Assembly (NCBI GenBank): GCA_964016885.1
Contig: OZ024742.1
Span: 189,038,001-189,102,000 of the forward strand
DNA length: 64,000 nucleotides
DNA from: Eledone cirrhosa
Taxonomy: Eukaryota
Reading direction: 5' to 3'
Positions 58,476 to 64,000 of the stretch are shown in pieces (within the stretch, counting starts at the first letter, position 1; each line of letters begins with the position of its first letter). Under the pieces are notes generated by a model. It worked only from the letters and a program-made list of their open reading frames with translations. It made no database searches and was not told the DNA's origin. The position numbers were made by a program, and so were the translations under genes.

Positions 58476-58629
58476 TCTTCTGGTTTTATATTTTATGAAG
58501 TTTTAGCAATAGTATGTATGTACCCATGTATGTTTGTTTGTACGTATGTTTGCAAGCATGTATGTATGTATGCATGTATGTTTGTTTGTATGTATGTATA
58601 TATAGGTAAGTATATATCTATGTATGTGA

Positions 58630-58660
<31 letters not shown>

Positions 58661-58685
58661 TCTATGTATGTATGTATATATATAT

Positions 58686-59100
58686 CCGGGAGAGATGACC
58701 CCTTAGCCTTTGTCAAGGCAGAATTCTAGGAGAAGGAAAACTCTGATATAACACCTGCAACTCTGATGGTATCCAATGATGTTGACTTGTTCTTCTTTTT
58801 GGTAAATATCATCTTGGTTAAGAGAGTGGGACTGGCTTTGTGCAGTGCCTTGGCTCACTATAAAAGCTTCACGGCACAGGCATTGCTTTATATCTGGAGA
58901 TCTCTCTGCACTTGTCATCACATGGTACCATGGGCCCAGCACTATGTGTCAATAATTGTCACAAGTGTGGTGTTTGTACCAGAGTTTTCATGTCGCAGGC
59001 TGGACTAAAAAGTCACTCGTTCAGCGCATCGGTAGGGGTTCTCCTACATGGATATAAAGTAGTGGCCGTACTCGAGAACGAGTTGGCAGCCACCATGTAT
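58686..59100 (+). mobile_element. Bipartite non-autonomous RTE derivative, copy 3
   Basis: Near-identical to 12248-12655, in TATG-rich context. Confidence 0.75.
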
Positions 59101-59644
59101 ATATATATAGGTAAGTATATATGTGTGTATGTGAATACGTATGTATGTATCTATGTATGTATGTATATATGTATGAATGTATGTTTGTTTGTTTTTTTGT
59201 ATGTATATGTCTGCATTGTGTGTCTATGGGTGAATGCATGTATGCATTTTTGTATGTATGTCCGTATGTATGTATGTTTGTATATATGTATACATATATG
59301 TATGTATCTATCTATGCTTGTGGTTTGTTTGTATGTATGTGTATATGTATGTTTGTATGTATGTATGTGTGTATTGTGTTTGCGTATTAATGTACGTATG
59401 TTTTATTTCAGATTATTAATTTTTTTGCAAGTATTTTTTTTTTTTTTTAAATATTAAAAGGGGTAAACATATTTAACTCTTGGTGGTGTTGTGTGGTCTC
59501 CGGAGTATTTCAAAAGTGATTCATTTCTGTTCAGGTTGGAACAGTCTATTTCTTCCAGAAAGAAAGAGAGAGGGAGAGAGAGAAAGAGAGAGGGGGGGGA
59601 GAGGAGAGAGAGCAAGTGTGAGAGTAATATAAATTTATATACAT

Positions 59645-59693
<49 letters not shown>

Positions 59694-59699
<6 letters not shown>

Positions 59700-60410
59700 A
59701 TGTTGAAAAGGTAACACACCAGAGAGAGATATACAGTACGCTATCAATAAAACAGGGAAAAAACCACCAGTGTATGGAATCTATAACCTATGAAAGGCAG
59801 ACTATAGACACGATAATTAAAAATAAATTAAAGCGTAAATAAATACCTCTATAACTATATAACACACGTACAAATCCAAAGATACTAATCCAAAGTTATG
59901 TTTCACCAGTAATTTGTTGAAAGAAATGGGTTAGCCTCGGTTCATCACTGTGTGTAAGGCTATACAATTCAGACAACACTAAGAGAATTTTAAAATTGAA
60001 TGTCCAGCTACACGTGGGAGAGAGAAGTCACAGCATGTTTAAGGGCAGTGAACCAGTGGCCTCTGAGGGACGAACTGCTAAAAAGGGTAGCCCACAACAA
60101 ATTACTGGTGAAACATATCTTTGGATTAGTATCTTTGGATTTGTACGTGTGTTATATAGTTATAGAGGTATTTATTTACGCTTTAATTTATATTTTTAAT
60201 TATCGTGTCTATAGTCTGCCTTTCATAGGTTATAGATTCCATACACTGGTGGTTTTTTCCCTGTTTTGTTGATAACGCACTGTATATCTCTCTCTGGTGT
60301 GTTACCTTTTCAACATATTGTATTTTAAAGAGCTCAGGATTTTTTCTCCTTTGAGCACATTATTTACAGGGAATAGCGAAGGTCTATGCCTCCGTTAATT
60401 TATCGTGATA
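59694..60410. mobile_element. PLE-type inverted-arm element with tail
   Basis: 59694-59919 is the reverse complement of 60095-60322; tail with ttgagcac at 60351; only a decayed HHR-like fold (accagt/actggt-GAAA). Confidence 0.75.
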
Positions 60411-60534
60411 TATATATATATATATATGAATAAAATGAGTCCTTCATCAGTGATCTTCCAACTTTCATTGGTATTTCATCGATTTGAAAATCATATACCT
60501 CTAGTTGGTGCGAGCAATAACAAATAAACTTATT

Positions 60535-60631
<97 letters not shown>

Positions 60632-60811
60632 GAAAATATAAATGAAAATAGAGAAAATAATGTGAGCAAGAAGCCAACAGTAATTCATACATATAAGTGA
60701 CTATTACGTTAAGATGGAAAATATATAACGTTAGATACGGGAAAATAATTCAATCACAATTCAACAAAAGTCAAGACAGAAATTTTATTCACAGATTTTG
60801 TGTAATCCAGG

Positions 60812-60844
<33 letters not shown>

Positions 60845-60851
<7 letters not shown>

Positions 60852-63800
60852 ATACTTGGGAGGGTCATATTTGTGTAATATTGCCAGAATTAATAACAGA
60901 ACACACTGTTTGGTTGGTTTTCGCTTTTCGCTTCTGTGTCTTTTATATCGGTAATCTAATTTATTCGGTCCTCAATGTTGCCATTGACTGACCAACGGTC
61001 AAAAATAATACAGATACAATATAGACACAAACACATATATATAGTTTATCAAAGCTCTTTCCTTGCACATCTGCAACACCGTCAGTGGTGCTATTGTTTC
61101 CTCCCGTTGCATTGTGTTTTCTACGCTATCTTTATTTAGTTTGTTTATATATTTATTTATTTGTTTATTTGATTTTGTCTTCTTTGCGCATGCGTTTGCG
61201 TGTGTGTATAGTGTTTTGTTTGATGTGTGTTCGTGATTGGGTGACTGTGTATTGGTTAATGTATTCTATCTTTACTAGTGTGTGTTTATATGTGTTTGTT
61301 GTTATTGTGCTTCTGTGTGTATTTATTTATTTATTTATCTATTTATTTATTTATACTTCTCTTAGGTCAGTGTTGTTTGTTTGGGTGTTGTTGTTATTCC
61401 ATTCATTCTTTCTGTTTAGCCTTGGCCTTCTAAGTTCTATTTCACTGGCCTCTCTGATTTGCCTATCTGCTGGGTCATTTCTATGTTTAAATATTATTCT
61501 AATTTGTATGTTGTCTATGTTACCGTCGTGTTGTTGTCTGGCATGTTCGTATAGAACTGAACCGTTTTTTCGTCCTTTTAGTTGCCCAGTGTTGGTCTAT
61601 CCTTTCACCTATGCTACGAGCTGTCTCGCCTATGTATGTTGTAGTCATGTTTCTGCAAGTACCCTCTGTACATCTTATGCTATAGACTACGTTTCTAGTT
61701 TTACAGTTTATCCGAGGGTTTACCTTACATATGATACATTTCCTATTAGTACAGTGGGTTTTCTTAAAAGGGTAGATTTTGCTGATCAGGATTTTATGGT
61801 GGTTCCTGGCTTTTCTAACACCTTAATCTTTAAGTGGGTCTTTCTCAGGGCCTTTCTACACTGGTTAGCTAATTTCCCTCCAGGGGTAGCGTTCACAAAC
61901 ATGACACTCTGGTATCTCTGGTTGTCGTACCATGAGGTGGCCTTCCCTATCTTATGTCTAGCCCTATCTATTCTATTCCATGATTTGTTCCTGTATAATG
62001 GGCAAATTCCTTTCATGTCCAGTTATATGAGGGTCTTATACTTCTCCGTGGCTCCTTCGTATACTCTGACTCTCTCTCTCTTTGGTTGTAGCCAGGGAAC
62101 TGCATGCGGTTGATGAAGTGCTGGATGTGTATTTCCATTTCTGTTGGGTCGCACATGCGGGACACGTTCTTCATCACTCGTACCAAGTCTGCGATCAGAA
62201 TATTAAACTTAGCACTACTGGACATTGCTGAGCTTTTGAGTATCAGGTATTTGGAGGCCATGGGTTTAGCATAGTGTGAGTGGAGTATTTGGGCTCTCTC
62301 GTCTATAGTGTTAATCCAGAGTTCCGTGTCTAATACAGGTAGTCTATTGTTAGGGTGTTTGGAACGGTAGTCGATAGTTACAGTTATACTCTGGTGTATT
62401 GAATTAGCTATCTGCTGGATGCTTTCCATTGTGCTACGTTCTAAATCCAACTTGTTAGTGCTCTCTAGTGGGGATGTTCTTATAACTATATTGATATCGT
62501 CTACGTAACGAGAGTACATGATGAGGTCTATGGAGCTCTCATTAAGGAGATCTTTAAGTCTCCTTTCCGACCATACCATAAAAAGGTTGGCAACGTCACC
62601 AGCTATGCTGACGCCAATGGCTGCTCCCTCATTTTGGTTGTAGATATTCTCGTTGAACTTGAATATGTTGGCCTTTAGGGTAGTTTTGATACTAGCCCCT
62701 ATTGCATGTGCGACCATTTTTGTTACTTGATCATTGTTTTGGGGGGTCCGTATAGCTTTGGTCCACCCAATCCACCTTCCTATGGGAGTCTTTTTAGCCA
62801 TTGAGGTTATAGTGGGGGGTCTACTTCTTATGGGTCTACTGGGGCAGAAACGTCTAAGGTCATGGCTGTCTAGGTAGTCAGTGTCGTAGGTAAGTCTAAG
62901 TAGGAGACCCAGTTCGTCTGTGTCGACGTCGCAGAACTCCACCTCACTCTCATTGATCATCTCCACACATTTTTCCACAGCAAAATCAATGTTAATGCAT
63001 GGGTACAGTGATACCACATCCATGCTGCCTATTATGCAGTTGGATAGGTTCCTGTTTTTGTTGCACTCACTGATTCTGCTGAGGAGGTCCTCTGTACTGT
63101 CACATACATCTGGGGACATCTTGATTATGGGGCGTATAACCATTGAGAAGTAGTAGGAGATCCTGTAGTTGCTAGCCATATTTGCTCCGCATACAGGTCT
63201 TGTTGGTGGTCCTGTTGTCGGGTCGTCGACTGTCTTGTGGTCTTTGCGGAGCCCATACAAGGGTGGTATGCCATTGTTAGACGCCTGAAAGTTGTTGGCA
63301 GTGAGTCTGCTTGGCTTTAGGATGTCGGTCCACATCATCATGTGAGCGTTGAGGATTTTCTCTCTCCCATCATGTATTTTCTGTGCAATTTCGCTCGTGT
63401 TGGTGATGTGGGGTTGCATAGCCTTGATGTAGTTCGGCATGTTATCTATTGACATCCTACCAGACTGATCCGTGCGTAGACATACTACCTCACCATCCCT
63501 TGTGCGCTGCTTGAGGCTAACCAAGCCTTCTACAGGTTTTCTCCCAAGTTGTTGGGCCGCTGGTCTGCTCTGTCTCTTAGTATACCTGTCTACTATTTGT
63601 CTAATCTTATTTCTAGCTATGGTGAACTGTGCCTCTGTCTCGTCATCTATTTGTTGTGGTATGCAAACTCTTTTATTAAAGGGTAACCTCGTAGGATAGA
63701 TATTACCCATCTTATATGTTTGGTCAGCTGGGTTGAAGAATAGTTTCTCTAAAGGGTTGTCATTATATCTATCGTCATAGTTGTGTGTGTTGCTATTATT

Positions 63801-64000
63801 GTTATTATGGTGGTTGTTGTTGTTCCTATCATTAGCATTATTATTATTGTTATGATTGCTAGATGTATTGCTGCTGTGATTGTTAGATATATTGTTGTTA
63901 TGATTCCTAGATATATTGTTGCTGTGATTGTTGTTTTCTTCACCGTTATTGTTGTTGTTACTGTTATTTCTACCATTGTGGTTGTTACTTTTATTATGTT
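60845..64000 (-). mobile_element. Penelope-like retroelement family B, near full length, running off the window edge
   Basis: RT ORF, frameshifted GIY-YIG region (about 61365-62010), 3' pLTR with HHR-like motif at 61042-61093 (CTGACGG), ends in (TA)n. Confidence 0.92.
62013..63710 (-). CDS. PLE reverse transcriptase (565-aa open stretch; C-terminal frameshift separates it from GIY-YIG)
   Basis: PPLYGLRKDHK, PTRPVC, GSMDVVSLYP, YNQNEGAAIG, YSRYVDDI, LPVLD. Confidence 0.9.
   Translation of the reverse strand: MGNIYPTRLPFNKRVCIPQQIDDETEAQFTIARNKIRQIVDRYTKRQSRPAAQQLGRKPVEGLVSLKQRTRDGEVVCLRTDQSGRMSIDNMPNYIKAMQPHITNTSEIAQKIHDGREKILNAHMMMWTDILKPSRLTANNFQASNNGIPPLYGLRKDHKTVDDPTTGPPTRPVCGANMASNYRISYYFSMVIRPIIKMSPDVCDSTEDLLSRISECNKNRNLSNCIIGSMDVVSLYPCINIDFAVEKCVEMINESEVEFCDVDTDELGLLLRLTYDTDYLDSHDLRRFCPSRPIRSRPPTITSMAKKTPIGRWIGWTKAIRTPQNNDQVTKMVAHAIGASIKTTLKANIFKFNENIYNQNEGAAIGVSIAGDVANLFMVWSERRLKDLLNESSIDLIMYSRYVDDINIVIRTSPLESTNKLDLERSTMESIQQIANSIHQSITVTIDYRSKHPNNRLPVLDTELWINTIDERAQILHSHYAKPMASKYLILKSSAMSSSAKFNILIADLVRVMKNVSRMCDPTEMEIHIQHFINRMQFPGYNQRERESEYTKEPRRSIRPSYNWT

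Noticed and set aside
61085-62113. 342-aa + strand ORF
   Set aside because: Antisense shadow of PLE family B

Overview
AT-rich, microsatellite-saturated animal genomic DNA, most likely from an octopod cephalopod (inferred from the tRNA-derived SINE family). No intact host protein-coding gene is recognisable, and nearly all listed ORFs are microsatellite translations. Real coding signal is limited to retroelements: two Penelope-like element (PLE) families (RT + C-terminal GIY-YIG; 15852-19149, 28603-30070, 60845-64000) and relics of Tx1/L1, R4/Dong and RTE LINEs. The dominant hidden structure is about 30 hammerhead-ribozyme (HHR) motifs, found by eye, in many unrelated non-coding mini-elements. 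These almost all sit in (TA)n tracts, and many are fold-back palindromes with one precisely ended arm and one tailed arm. Six families use a compensatory U3-A8 core, and several tails share a TTGAGYRC motif about 20-28 nt beyond the precise end. Also present: about 20 tRNA/Meta-domain SINEs, RTE-derived bipartite elements, hAT, piggyBac and Helitron non-autonomous elements, a 37/74-bp minisatellite, and + strand AG|GT sites suggesting recursive splicing of a giant intron. Folds and boundaries are manual and approximate.
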